Shown here: positions 32,052 to 41,792 of the stretch, in pieces
Layout: each line of letters begins with the position of its first letter
Numbering within the stretch: the first letter of the stretch is position 1
Source of the DNA: Saprospiraceae bacterium
Lineage (GTDB): Bacteria; Bacteroidota; Bacteroidia; Chitinophagales; Saprospiraceae
Assembly (NCBI GenBank): GCA_020629935.1
Contig: JAHDCJ010000012.1
Coordinates: 1-63,051 of the forward strand
Length of the DNA: 63,051 nucleotides
Direction: 5' to 3'
The notes under the pieces: model-generated
Seen by the model: the letters and a program-made list of their open reading frames with translations, nothing else
Database searches by the model: none
Told to the model about the DNA's origin: nothing
Program-made: the position numbers and the translations under genes

Positions 32052-33242
32052 ATGAAGAATATTAAATATCTAAGCGCTGCTTTCCTTTTATTTGCTCTAA
32101 TTATGGGCAATAGTGGATGTAGTTCTTCAAGCGGAAATAACCCAGGGCATGAATACATGCCTGATATGGCGCACTCCATTGCTTATGAAGCAAATCATCT
32201 TCAATATTACCGACCCAATACTTGGGAAAGTGAAGAAAACCTGCGCGATTTCTACGTAAAACCAATGCTTCCTGTAAAAGGAACAATTCCAAGGGGATAT
32301 ACGGGAATGAGTCTCGCGAAGGATCCATCTGATGCTATGGAAAAATCTGATTTCATGGCAGGAACTCCAATGAATGGTCATGTACCTTATTACTATGACG
32401 ATACAGAAGAGGAACGAACTCGAGCAATGGCTGAAATTACAGAAAACCCATATCCAATTACCCAAAAGGGATTGGATAAAGGAAAGGATTTATATGAAAT
32501 CTACTGCGGCATTTGTCATGGAGATAAAGGAGAAGGAGATGGCTATATTGTAAGAGATGATGGAGGGAAATATCCAGCGCAACCTGCAAATTTAGTTTCT
32601 GATGAATTTATTGGAGCTAGTGAAGGTCGTTTCTATCATGCGGTAATGCATGGAAAAAATGTGATGGGAGGATATGCAGACAAACTTTCTTATGAAGAAC
32701 GTTGGGAAGTCATTCACTACATTCGTTCTCTACAAGCTAAAAAGACTGGAACTGCCTACGATCCAATTCCAGATCCAGATGCAGCATTTAAATCTAAATT
32801 TTCTGATTTACTTTCTGCTACCTCACATGGTGGTGGACATGAATCAGGTCATGGTGATGCACATGGAGGAGATCATGGGGAAGTATCTGGAGCAGTGAAT
32901 CCAAATGTGATGCGATTAGAGAATGTATTTTTCGCTACAGGTTCTTCTCAATTGAAAGCTGTTTCAAGAAGAGAACTTAATGTATTTGCTGAAGTTTTAG
33001 CAGATAGTGGAACAAACGTAGAAATTAGCGGACATACCGACAATGTTGGAGATGCCGCATCTAATATGAGTTTATCTCAAGATCGAGCAGTAGCAGTTAG
33101 AAATTATTTGATAAGTAGAGGAATTAATGCTAGTCAAATAACTGCTAAAGGATATGGTGATTCGAGACCAGTTGCTTCTAATTCTACGGATGAAGGACGC
33201 CAACAAAATCGAAGAACTGAATTTGAAATTTTAAGACACTAA
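32052..33242 (+). CDS. actE: Alternative complex III subunit ActE (monoheme cytochrome c lipoprotein) fused to a C-terminal OmpA-like peptidoglycan-binding domain
   Basis: Lipobox MGNSGC, heme site CGICHGDKGEGDG, and the distal HAVMHGKNVMGGY. A His/Gly linker follows. The OmpA_C signature is ISGHTDNVGDAASNMSLSQDRAVAVRNYL...GYGDSRPVASN...NRRTEFEI. Confidence 0.85.
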   Translation: MKNIKYLSAAFLLFALIMGNSGCSSSSGNNPGHEYMPDMAHSIAYEANHLQYYRPNTWESEENLRDFYVKPMLPVKGTIPRGYTGMSLAKDPSDAMEKSDFMAGTPMNGHVPYYYDDTEEERTRAMAEITENPYPITQKGLDKGKDLYEIYCGICHGDKGEGDGYIVRDDGGKYPAQPANLVSDEFIGASEGRFYHAVMHGKNVMGGYADKLSYEERWEVIHYIRSLQAKKTGTAYDPIPDPDAAFKSKFSDLLSATSHGGGHESGHGDAHGGDHGEVSGAVNPNVMRLENVFFATGSSQLKAVSRRELNVFAEVLADSGTNVEISGHTDNVGDAASNMSLSQDRAVAVRNYLISRGINASQITAKGYGDSRPVASNSTDEGRQQNRRTEFEILRH

Positions 33243-33263
33243 TAGCTGAAAATATAATCGATA

Positions 33264-34622
33264 ATGAATCAATTTACATTCACCGGAAAACAAAAGACAT
33301 TCACGTTCTCGTTGATGTTTGTTGGCCTACTTACCGCACTGATCTGCCTTTTTATGAAAGGAGATGGATTGCGTTTTTGGTCAAACTTTTTGCACAACAC
33401 GGTTTTCTTTGTAGGAATTAGCTTTATCTCTTTGTTTATCCTTTGTGCCAAATCTTTGGCTTACTCTGGTTGGCAAACCGTATTTAAGCGAGTCTGGGAA
33501 GCCATGTCTTTGTTTATGCCAATTGGTGTGATTTTTCTTTTAATCATCACCTTGGGAATCAAAATGGGATGGCATGATCTTTATCATTGGGCAGATGCAG
33601 ATTCTGTAGCTCATGATAAACTTTTACAAGCCAAATCGCCCTTCTTAAATTTTACAAATTATTTTCTTTTCACCTTGATTGTTGGAGGGTATTGGATTTT
33701 TACCATGTATGCCTATCGAAGATTATCTTTACGAGAAGATAATAATGCAGGGCTTTATTCCTTTAATAAAATTAAAGCATTAGCTGGAGTGTTCTTGTTT
33801 GCAGGTGGATATTTAGCTTGTATCATGATCTGGTTATGGGTGATGTCTATCGATGCGCACTGGTATAGTACTATGTTTGCTTGGTACAGTGCTGCAAGTT
33901 GGTTAGTTTCAACGATTGCCTTTACGGTCTTGATGATGATTTATCTTCAAGGAAAAGGTTACTTCCCTAAGTTCACGGATGAGCATATGCATGATTTAGG
34001 GAAATACTTATTTGGCTTTAGTATCTTTTGGACTTATCTATGGTTTTCTCAATTCATGTTGATTTGGTATGCTAATATAGGTGAAGAAACCACATATTTT
34101 AAATTGAGAATTGATGAGTATCCAGTATTGTTTTACGGAAACTTAGTGATCAATTTCTTATTACCATTTTTTGTTTTGATGCGTAATTCTACAAAACGAA
34201 AGCATGGAACAATGATCTTTGTTGCGATCTTTGTTTTCTTTGGTCACTGGATGGATTATTTCCAAATGATTAAGCCGGGAGTAGTAGAAACAGAACATCA
34301 TTTAGCACATGCTGCGCATGATGATCATGGATCTGATACGAAGCATTTAGACGATGCACATAAAGATGAGCATAAAAAAGAGGATGCACATAAAGACGAT
34401 CATGCTGGAGACGGACATGATGATACACATGGAGACGGGCATGGAGATGCACATGAAGAATCATTGAGATGGGGCTTTGGAATGCCTGGATACATAGAGT
34501 TTGGAATGTTTGCTGGATTTCTTGGTTTATTCCTGTTTGTTTTCTTTACAGGATTAGGAAGAGCATCCCTTACACCAGAGAATGACATTTACTTAGATGA
34601 GAGTTATCATCATCACGCGTAG
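33264..34622 (+). CDS. actF: Alternative complex III subunit ActF (second NrfD-like membrane subunit) with a His/Asp-rich insertion
   Basis: 452-aa polytopic membrane protein in the ActF position. It carries 14 His in a 53-aa tract near the C-terminus. Confidence 0.85.
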   Translation: MNQFTFTGKQKTFTFSLMFVGLLTALICLFMKGDGLRFWSNFLHNTVFFVGISFISLFILCAKSLAYSGWQTVFKRVWEAMSLFMPIGVIFLLIITLGIKMGWHDLYHWADADSVAHDKLLQAKSPFLNFTNYFLFTLIVGGYWIFTMYAYRRLSLREDNNAGLYSFNKIKALAGVFLFAGGYLACIMIWLWVMSIDAHWYSTMFAWYSAASWLVSTIAFTVLMMIYLQGKGYFPKFTDEHMHDLGKYLFGFSIFWTYLWFSQFMLIWYANIGEETTYFKLRIDEYPVLFYGNLVINFLLPFFVLMRNSTKRKHGTMIFVAIFVFFGHWMDYFQMIKPGVVETEHHLAHAAHDDHGSDTKHLDDAHKDEHKKEDAHKDDHAGDGHDDTHGDGHGDAHEESLRWGFGMPGYIEFGMFAGFLGLFLFVFFTGLGRASLTPENDIYLDESYHHHA

Positions 34623-34661
34623 GAAATTTAATATTAATCAAAAAATACAATCCTAAATATC

Positions 34662-36110
34662 ATGGGAGGTTTGTTAATCATTTTAAGTATAATTTTAATC
34701 TTTGTTGTCCTTGTTCAAATTGGACGGATCAACGAGATAGCTGTTGGATTACGAGGAAAAGAACAGGCACAACGACAGGCTAATAACCGTAATGCGGTTA
34801 TGGGATTAGTGTTTATGGTTGCTTTTCTAATCTTCGTTATTGTTTCATTCTTTGCATTCAAAGATCGAATGTTAGGTTTTGGACCACATGAATCCGCATC
34901 ACACCACGGTGGATTAATTGATGGGATATTTTTAACCACATTAATCATCACGGGTATCGTATTTTTCATTACTCATATTCTTTTATTTTGGTACTCTTAT
35001 AAATATAGAGGTCAAAAGGGTCGAGTAGCAAAGTATATTCCACATGATAATCGTTTGGAATTAATCTGGATGGTTGTGCCAGCAATTGTAATGACCTTCT
35101 TAGTAATTGGAGGATTATCTGTTTGGAATGAGTCTATGGCTGATGTTCCAGATGATATGAAACATGGTTTAAACGAAGGCGAATTTTTAGAAATTGAAGC
35201 CACTGGATTCCAATTTGGTTGGTTACTTCGATATCCTGGAGCAACAGACTTTAAATTAGGAACAAGAGATTTTCGGAATATCAAAGCAGGGTATAATGAA
35301 ACTGGACAGGTATGGACTGATGAAAAAAATCATGATGATTTTTTAGCAGATACCTTATATCTACCTAAAGACCACAAAATACGAATTCGTATTATTGGTC
35401 GTGATGTATTACACAATTTCTATTTACCTCATTTCCGTGTGAAAATGGATGCGGTTCCTGGTATGCCAACGTATTTTGTATTTACACCTACAAAAACCAC
35501 AGAAGAATACAGAGAATCTCTAAGTGGATATCCAGAATGGCAAGCAATGGCTGATCCTTCTGATCCAGAAAACAAATTTAAGAAATGGGAAACCTTTGAA
35601 TACGAATTGGCTTGTGCGGAGCTTTGTGGTGATGGTCACTTTAGTATGCAAAAGATTGTTCGTGTTGTTGAAATGGATGAATTTAAAAAATGGTATAATA
35701 GTAAAAAATCATTTTATAGTACAGAAGTAAATCCTCCAAAAGAGACTGAAGTATTGTCTAGAGAAACCAGTTTAGAAGAAGGACATGGTGGAGAAGAAGG
35801 AACACACACAGGAGAAGGGCATGGTGAAGGATCGCACAATGTAGAAGGACACTCTACAGAAGAATCACATTCTGGAGATCATACTAATGGAACGCACACT
35901 TCTGGAGGAACAACCACTCATACTGAAGGAACCCACACGGAAGAGACGCATAGTGGAGGAACGCATAATGCAGGGAAGGCTGATGGAAAAGAAGGAACCA
36001 ATGCGGGTAAAGCAACGACAACAGAAGAAGGCGAAAATAAAGGGAAGAAAGGAAAAATAATAAAGAAGATCTTCAATAAAGGAAAGAAAGAGAAGACAGG
36101 AGATCATTAA
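34662..36110 (+). CDS. coxB: Cytochrome c oxidase subunit II with a long His/Thr/Gly- and then Lys-rich C-terminal tail
   Basis: Two N-terminal TM helices, the cupredoxin domain VLHNFYLPHFRVKMDAVPG, and CuA ligands ELACAELCGDGHFSM. The tail of about 110 aa has no cytochrome c motif. Confidence 0.9.
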   Translation: MGGLLIILSIILIFVVLVQIGRINEIAVGLRGKEQAQRQANNRNAVMGLVFMVAFLIFVIVSFFAFKDRMLGFGPHESASHHGGLIDGIFLTTLIITGIVFFITHILLFWYSYKYRGQKGRVAKYIPHDNRLELIWMVVPAIVMTFLVIGGLSVWNESMADVPDDMKHGLNEGEFLEIEATGFQFGWLLRYPGATDFKLGTRDFRNIKAGYNETGQVWTDEKNHDDFLADTLYLPKDHKIRIRIIGRDVLHNFYLPHFRVKMDAVPGMPTYFVFTPTKTTEEYRESLSGYPEWQAMADPSDPENKFKKWETFEYELACAELCGDGHFSMQKIVRVVEMDEFKKWYNSKKSFYSTEVNPPKETEVLSRETSLEEGHGGEEGTHTGEGHGEGSHNVEGHSTEESHSGDHTNGTHTSGGTTTHTEGTHTEETHSGGTHNAGKADGKEGTNAGKATTTEEGENKGKKGKIIKKIFNKGKKEKTGDH

Positions 36111-36154
36111 TAATTTTTGAAAGCACAGTTTCGATATAAATAAATCATTGAATT

Positions 36155-37993
36155 ATGGCAAATGTTGATATCCACGCCCATGAGGAAGTACATGCTCATG
36201 ACCACCATGAAGATCACGATCATCATGGGGATAAATATCAATCTAATTTTATAACGACTTATATCTTTAGTCAGGATCACAAAATGATTGCGAAGCAATT
36301 CCTGATTACTGGTATATTCTGGGCCTTTATTGGTGCAGCAATGTCAATCGTTTTTAGATTACAATTAGGTTTTCCAGAGGAAAGTATGGCATGGTTAAAA
36401 CCGATCTTAGGAAAATGGATCGTTTTAAATGATGCTGGAATGGGTACACTAGATCCAGAATTTTATTATGCATTGGTGACGATGCACGGTACTATTCTCG
36501 TTTTCTTTGTACTTACTGCTGGTTTGTCTGGAACATTTAGTAACCTGCTTATTCCATTGCAGATTGGAGCACGAGATATGGCATCTCCATTCCTTAATAT
36601 GTTATCTTATTGGTTCTTCTTCTTAGCAGGAGCCATCATGTTCTCTTCCTTGTTTTTATCAACAGGGCCTTTTGCAGGAGGTTGGACGGCTTATCCGCCA
36701 CTGAGTGCATTACCCCAAGCGATGTCAGGATCGGGAGCAGGGATGACTTTATTCGGAGTGAGTTTGATCTTCTTTGTAGTTTCTGTACTTCTTGGAGGTA
36801 TGAACTACATTACTACAGTATTAAACCTTCGAACAAAAGGAATGACGATGTGGAGAATGCCATTAACTATCTGGGCATTTTTAGTGACTGCAATTCTAGG
36901 ATTATTATCTTTCCCAGTTTTAGTGTCAGGAATTCTATTATTGATTTTTGATCGAAGTATGGGTACTAGCTTTTATTTAAGTGAAATTTTTATCCAAGGT
37001 TCTGCTTTAGATAGAGTAGGGGGAAGTCCAATTCTTTTCCAACACTTGTTTTGGTTCTTAGGACACCCAGAAGTATATATTATCATTGTTCCGGCCTTCG
37101 GTCTGGTCTCAGAGGTGATGTCTGTACATGCAAGAAAACCTATTTTTGGATACAAAGCGATGGTTTATTCTATATTAGCTATTGCCTTCTTGTCTTTTAT
37201 TGTTTGGGCTCACCACATGTTTATGGCAGGAGTGAATCCATTCATCTCTAATATCTTCGTGTTATTTACTTTAATTATTGCGGTACCATCTGCGGTAAAA
37301 GTGTTTAACTGGATTGGTACTTTATATGGGGCCAATATCCGGTTTAATACGGCGATGCTATTTTCAATTGGATTTGTATCCATGTTTATTTCGGGGGGAT
37401 TGACGGGGATATTCTTAGGAAACTCAGCAATTGATATACCACTTCACGATACCTATTTCGTTGTAGCTCACTTCCATATTGTAATGGGAATTGCAGCATT
37501 CTTTGGTATGTTCTGTGGGATTTATCATTGGTTCCCATTAATGTTTGCTCGTTATATGAATGAGACCTTAGGTAAAATTCACTTTTGGGGAACATTAATT
37601 GGTGCTTATGCCATATTCTGGCCAATGCACTATATTGGAATGGCAGGAGTTCCTCGTAGATATTATACCTTCGCGAATTTTGAAGCCTTCAATACATTTG
37701 CGCCAATAAATATGTTTATTTCAACGGCTGCAATCATTGTATTTGGTTTACAGATATTATTCATTATCAATTTCTTCTATAGTATATTTAAAGGAAAAGT
37801 TCGAACGGAGAAGAACCCTTATGGTGCCAATACACTAGAATGGACTGCTCCTGTACATGCAGGACACGGAAACTGGCCAGGTGCTATTCCACACGTACAT
37901 CGTTGGGCATACGATTATGGTAAAGATGGTATTGAATTTATCCCTCAAACCGTTCCTTTAAAAGAAGGAGAAAAAGATATGGGCGCACACTAA
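36155..37993 (+). CDS. ctaD: Cytochrome c oxidase subunit I
   Basis: Classic heme-copper oxidase motifs: VTMHGTILVFF, WFLGHPEVYIII, HHMF, and VAHFHIVMG. 612 aa. Confidence 0.97.
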   Translation: MANVDIHAHEEVHAHDHHEDHDHHGDKYQSNFITTYIFSQDHKMIAKQFLITGIFWAFIGAAMSIVFRLQLGFPEESMAWLKPILGKWIVLNDAGMGTLDPEFYYALVTMHGTILVFFVLTAGLSGTFSNLLIPLQIGARDMASPFLNMLSYWFFFLAGAIMFSSLFLSTGPFAGGWTAYPPLSALPQAMSGSGAGMTLFGVSLIFFVVSVLLGGMNYITTVLNLRTKGMTMWRMPLTIWAFLVTAILGLLSFPVLVSGILLLIFDRSMGTSFYLSEIFIQGSALDRVGGSPILFQHLFWFLGHPEVYIIIVPAFGLVSEVMSVHARKPIFGYKAMVYSILAIAFLSFIVWAHHMFMAGVNPFISNIFVLFTLIIAVPSAVKVFNWIGTLYGANIRFNTAMLFSIGFVSMFISGGLTGIFLGNSAIDIPLHDTYFVVAHFHIVMGIAAFFGMFCGIYHWFPLMFARYMNETLGKIHFWGTLIGAYAIFWPMHYIGMAGVPRRYYTFANFEAFNTFAPINMFISTAAIIVFGLQILFIINFFYSIFKGKVRTEKNPYGANTLEWTAPVHAGHGNWPGAIPHVHRWAYDYGKDGIEFIPQTVPLKEGEKDMGAH

Positions 37994-38001
37994 GAAGCAT
38001 C

Positions 38002-38895
38002 ATGACAAAAGTTCAAGCAAAAATAGCAAAATCACCCAATGGGATTTCATTGAAAATCCAAGATTATCAGACACTAACTAAGTTTAGATTGTCGATGATG
38101 GTGGTATTTTCTGCTGCGATGGGATATATCCTAGCAGCGCCTATTCTTATGTGGGCAGAGTTATTGAAACTATGTTTTGGTGGATTTTTATTGTCAGGAG
38201 CTGCAAGTGCATTTAACCAAATATTAGAAAGAGAGTATGATCGATTAATGGATCGAACATCGAATAGACCTTTAGCTGCTGGAAGAATGGAAGTATCGGA
38301 AGCGGTATTTGCTGCAGGACTGATGAGTTTAGGTGGATTAGCAATATTAGCAACGTTTAATTCGCTTACCGCTTTAATTGGAGCAATTTCTTTATTGAGT
38401 TATGCTTTTGTATACACTCCAATGAAAAGGACTTCTTCTTTAGCTGTATTGGTTGGGGCTTTCCCTGGCGCTTTCCCACCGCTTATTGGTTGGGTAGCTG
38501 TTACAGGAACATTAAGCCCAGAAGCTTTGGCATTATTTGGTATCCAATTTATGTGGCAATTTCCGCATTTTTGGGCAATTGCTTGGGTTTCATTTGAAGA
38601 TTATGCTAAGGCAGGTTTCTACTTACTACCTTCTAAAGGAGGTAGAGATCGAAACACTGCTTTTCAATGTTTATTTTACGCATTGTTATTAATACCAGTA
38701 AGTCTATTTCTATTTGTAATGGGAATTACGGGTTTAATTTCAGCAGTTATTGTTGGTTTAGCAGGAGTAATATTTGCGGGACTAGCTTTCAATTTGTATA
38801 TAAAACTTGACCGAAAATCAGCTTTAATGTTGATGTTTGGCTCTTTTATCTATTTACCAGTTGCTTTAATCGCTTTAGTAATAGATAAAGTATAA
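38002..38895 (+). CDS. cyoE: Protoheme IX farnesyltransferase (heme O synthase)
   Basis: UbiA-family motifs NQILEREYDRLMDRTSNRPLAAG and a second Asp-rich region. It lies immediately after ctaD. Confidence 0.93.
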   Translation: MTKVQAKIAKSPNGISLKIQDYQTLTKFRLSMMVVFSAAMGYILAAPILMWAELLKLCFGGFLLSGAASAFNQILEREYDRLMDRTSNRPLAAGRMEVSEAVFAAGLMSLGGLAILATFNSLTALIGAISLLSYAFVYTPMKRTSSLAVLVGAFPGAFPPLIGWVAVTGTLSPEALALFGIQFMWQFPHFWAIAWVSFEDYAKAGFYLLPSKGGRDRNTAFQCLFYALLLIPVSLFLFVMGITGLISAVIVGLAGVIFAGLAFNLYIKLDRKSALMLMFGSFIYLPVALIALVIDKV

Positions 38896-38932
38896 AATAA
38901 AAGGACAACGGTCTTTTTGTAAATTAGAAATA

Positions 38933-39505
38933 ATGAACGTGGCAATAGAACAAGAAAACAAACAAGGCATTCACCCACATAAATTTGCATTGTGGTTGGG
39001 AATTGCTAGTATGGTAATGATGTTTGCTGCTTTGACTAGTGCATATCTCGTGCGAAGATCCGCAGGAAATTGGCTAGAATTCAAAGTGCCAGATATCTTT
39101 TTCGTGAGCACAGTGGTGTTGCTTATAAGCAGCATGACTTTGCATAGTTCTTATTTGGCGTATAAAAAAGGAAAAGAAGTTCCTTATAAAGGATTGCTTC
39201 TTGTCACCTTTGCTCTTGGTTTTGCTTTTTTGGTTTTGCAATATCAAGGATGGCTTACATTGTATGCAATGGATATCCAATTAAATACGAATCCATCAGC
39301 TTCGTTTTTATATGTGATTTTTGGCTTACATGCATTGCATATCATAGGCGGAATAAGTGCCTTGATTTTTGCAATGATTAAAGCCTTTAAACTAAAATTT
39401 AAGGTAACAGAGAAACGAAAAGTAAGTCTCGAAATGGTGCTTATATTTTGGCATTTTTTAGATATACTTTGGATTTATTTACTCTTGTTTATCATTTTTC
39501 AATAA
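38933..39505 (+). CDS. Cytochrome c oxidase subunit III family protein (short form)
   Basis: 190 aa with 5 TM helices and a C-terminal WHFLDILWIYLLLF, typical of subunit III. Confidence 0.8.
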   Translation: MNVAIEQENKQGIHPHKFALWLGIASMVMMFAALTSAYLVRRSAGNWLEFKVPDIFFVSTVVLLISSMTLHSSYLAYKKGKEVPYKGLLLVTFALGFAFLVLQYQGWLTLYAMDIQLNTNPSASFLYVIFGLHALHIIGGISALIFAMIKAFKLKFKVTEKRKVSLEMVLIFWHFLDILWIYLLLFIIFQ

Positions 39506-39552
39506 GTACAAATCGGTAATACCGAAATTTAATAGATTTTAAAGAAAAAATA

Positions 39553-40503
39553 ATGGCAACAGAACATGTCGTTGATCAAGTAGAAGAAATGGCGCTCAAC
39601 ACCGTAGACGATGGCCCTTGGTCGGGAGGAGAATCCCCGATGAAGGCAAGTTATGGTAAGTTAATGATGTGGTACTTTCTTCTTTCGGATGCATTTACCT
39701 TTGCAGGATTCTTGATAGCTTATGGATCATTGCGCTTTGCGATGCCTTCTTGGCCCGTTCCTGATTTTGTATTCCAATCGTTTCCTTTCTTATCGGGACA
39801 CTATCCTTTACTCTTTGTAACTTTTATGACTTTCGTCTTAATTGTGAGTAGTGTAACTATGGTACGTTCAGTTCAAGAAGGACATAGAGAGAATAAAAAT
39901 GGAGCTGCTTATTGGTTATTATTAACTATTCTTGGAGGAGCAACTTTCCTTGGATGTCAGGCATTTGAGTGGTATACATTGATTGTAAAAGAGAATATGA
40001 CACTTACTGTCGATCCTTTTGGAACACATACCACGGAAGGTATACTTTTGGATCATGATGGAAAAGAAACCGAAGCGATTAAAGTAGGCGAAACATATCT
40101 TTTACATAAAGCAGGTGGCCACGGTCATGGTGATGATCATGGAAGTGAAGCACACCCAATGCCTACAACGCCTGGCGACTACCCTGGTTTTGTTATTGAT
40201 GAAGGTGGATTTATTCTTCCAAAATATAAAGTAACTCAAGAAGGACACCCTGACAAAGGAGAAATCAAAACCCTTGAATATGGTCCTAAAGCTTTTGGTG
40301 CTTTGTTCTTTTTTATTACAGGATTCCACGGTTTTCACGTTTTCTCTGGTCTTGTGATCTTAGTCATTATTTTAATTAATGTGATGAGTGGACTTTATGT
40401 AGAAAGAAAAAATGGATATGAGATGGTGGAAAAAGTAGGGCTTTATTGGCACTTTGTAGACCTTGTTTGGGTATTCGTTTTCTTAGTATTCTACCTACTA
40501 TAA
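39553..40503 (+). CDS. Cytochrome c oxidase subunit III family protein (long form with a large soluble insertion)
   Basis: FFFITGFHGFHVFSG and YWHFVDLVWVFVF are subunit III hallmarks. An insertion of about 110 aa contains a His-rich stretch. Confidence 0.85.
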   Translation: MATEHVVDQVEEMALNTVDDGPWSGGESPMKASYGKLMMWYFLLSDAFTFAGFLIAYGSLRFAMPSWPVPDFVFQSFPFLSGHYPLLFVTFMTFVLIVSSVTMVRSVQEGHRENKNGAAYWLLLTILGGATFLGCQAFEWYTLIVKENMTLTVDPFGTHTTEGILLDHDGKETEAIKVGETYLLHKAGGHGHGDDHGSEAHPMPTTPGDYPGFVIDEGGFILPKYKVTQEGHPDKGEIKTLEYGPKAFGALFFFITGFHGFHVFSGLVILVIILINVMSGLYVERKNGYEMVEKVGLYWHFVDLVWVFVFLVFYLL

Positions 40504-40537
40504 TTTCAATTAAAAAAAAGCTTAAAATTTAAATAAA

Positions 40538-40972
40538 ATGGGAACCGGATTAACATACGAACAAGGTAAACGAGCTGCGTGGAGGGGATTTTTCTTACTC
40601 CTTGTAGTTACTTTAGTCGAAGTAGTACTTGCATTAGTTGGTAAAGGAATTATTATTGAAGGGTTTACAATCAACATCTGGATTTTAAGAGTTCTGATGA
40701 TTGTAGTAAGTCTTTATAAAGCCTATTACATTGTAAAAGAATTTATGCACATGGGATATGAAGTTCGATCTTTAGCTCTAAGTGTACTTCTTCCTACCTT
40801 ACTTTTAGTATGGGCTGTTATTGCATTTCTTATGGAAGGAAATTATTGGAATAATAGTCGTAACTATATTAAAGATCAAAATAATGCTAAAGTGGGTTAT
40901 ATCGAAATGGACTATAAGCATCCTATAAAGAATGCTGAAGAGATTCCAAATGAAATCCAATTTTTAGGATAA
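40538..40972 (+). CDS. Cytochrome c oxidase subunit IV family membrane protein
   Basis: 144 aa with 3 TM helices and a KAYYIVKEFMHMGYE-type motif, as in bacterial CoxIV/CtaF-like proteins. It is the last gene before the terminator. Confidence 0.7.
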   Translation: MGTGLTYEQGKRAAWRGFFLLLVVTLVEVVLALVGKGIIIEGFTINIWILRVLMIVVSLYKAYYIVKEFMHMGYEVRSLALSVLLPTLLLVWAVIAFLMEGNYWNNSRNYIKDQNNAKVGYIEMDYKHPIKNAEEIPNEIQFLG

Positions 40973-40980
40973 AAAATAAA

Positions 40981-41008
40981 AGCGATTCTTCTTGGAATCG
41001 CTTTTTTA
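40981..41008 (+). terminator. Rho-independent terminator after the act/cox block
   Basis: Stem agcgattc / gaatcgct with loop ttcttg, followed by T6. Confidence 0.8.
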
Positions 41009-41150
41009 TTTTATTTCAATTTAAATGTTTAAATCTGCTAAAAACTATTCTTTAATTGAAAATAGCTTTGGCTAGACATAAACATTTTCTCTGTCTAAAT
41101 TGTTAAATTATTGAAATATAGAATCATCTGATTTTAGGACAATACCTATT

Positions 41151-41780
41151 ATGAAGGAAGCAAAAAAAACATTAATTCAACGAAGTTTACTTCTAATTAT
41201 CTTAGTCATTTTTCCCATTTTGTCTTATTACTATTTGAGCTTGGGGCGAAATTATTATAAAGAAAACATGGAAATGCTTAAACCTAAAGCCAATGTCCAA
41301 GATTTTGCCTTTATCAATTCTAAAGGAGATTCAATAGATTATAAAAATGCCTTTGGGAAATTAACCCTTTTTCATTTTATTAATGACCCATGCGAAGCAA
41401 AGTGCCAAACATCCATTCAAGCACTTCGTCGAGTAGAAAATCAATTTAGTAAAACAGAACGTGTACAAATTGTAAGCTTATATACGAATCAAAATAAATT
41501 GAATAAACCTCCAAAGAAAGGGAAAAGTAAAGATGTTTGGGAATGGATCAAAACAGACTCTATGGAAGTGGTAAGTTTCCAAAATGATTTATATCAGGTA
41601 GTATCAGATGGTTATTCAAATGGCAGTATCGCTTTAGTAGATGATAAATTGAAGGTTAGAAATTACTATAATGGGAATGATTCCGTAGATGTAAATTTAT
41701 TGATCCGTCATATGGCCATGATTTTACCTAAAGAAACGAAAAGAGATCCTGGAATACCGGATGCTACTGAAATGAAATAA
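41151..41780 (+). CDS. SCO1/SenC-like thioredoxin-fold copper chaperone
   Basis: N-terminal TM anchor and a CxxxC motif (DPCEAKCQT) in a thioredoxin-like context. The position after the cox genes is typical. Confidence 0.6.
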   Translation: MKEAKKTLIQRSLLLIILVIFPILSYYYLSLGRNYYKENMEMLKPKANVQDFAFINSKGDSIDYKNAFGKLTLFHFINDPCEAKCQTSIQALRRVENQFSKTERVQIVSLYTNQNKLNKPPKKGKSKDVWEWIKTDSMEVVSFQNDLYQVVSDGYSNGSIALVDDKLKVRNYYNGNDSVDVNLLIRHMAMILPKETKRDPGIPDATEMK

Positions 41781-41792
41781 AATAAAAGGAAA

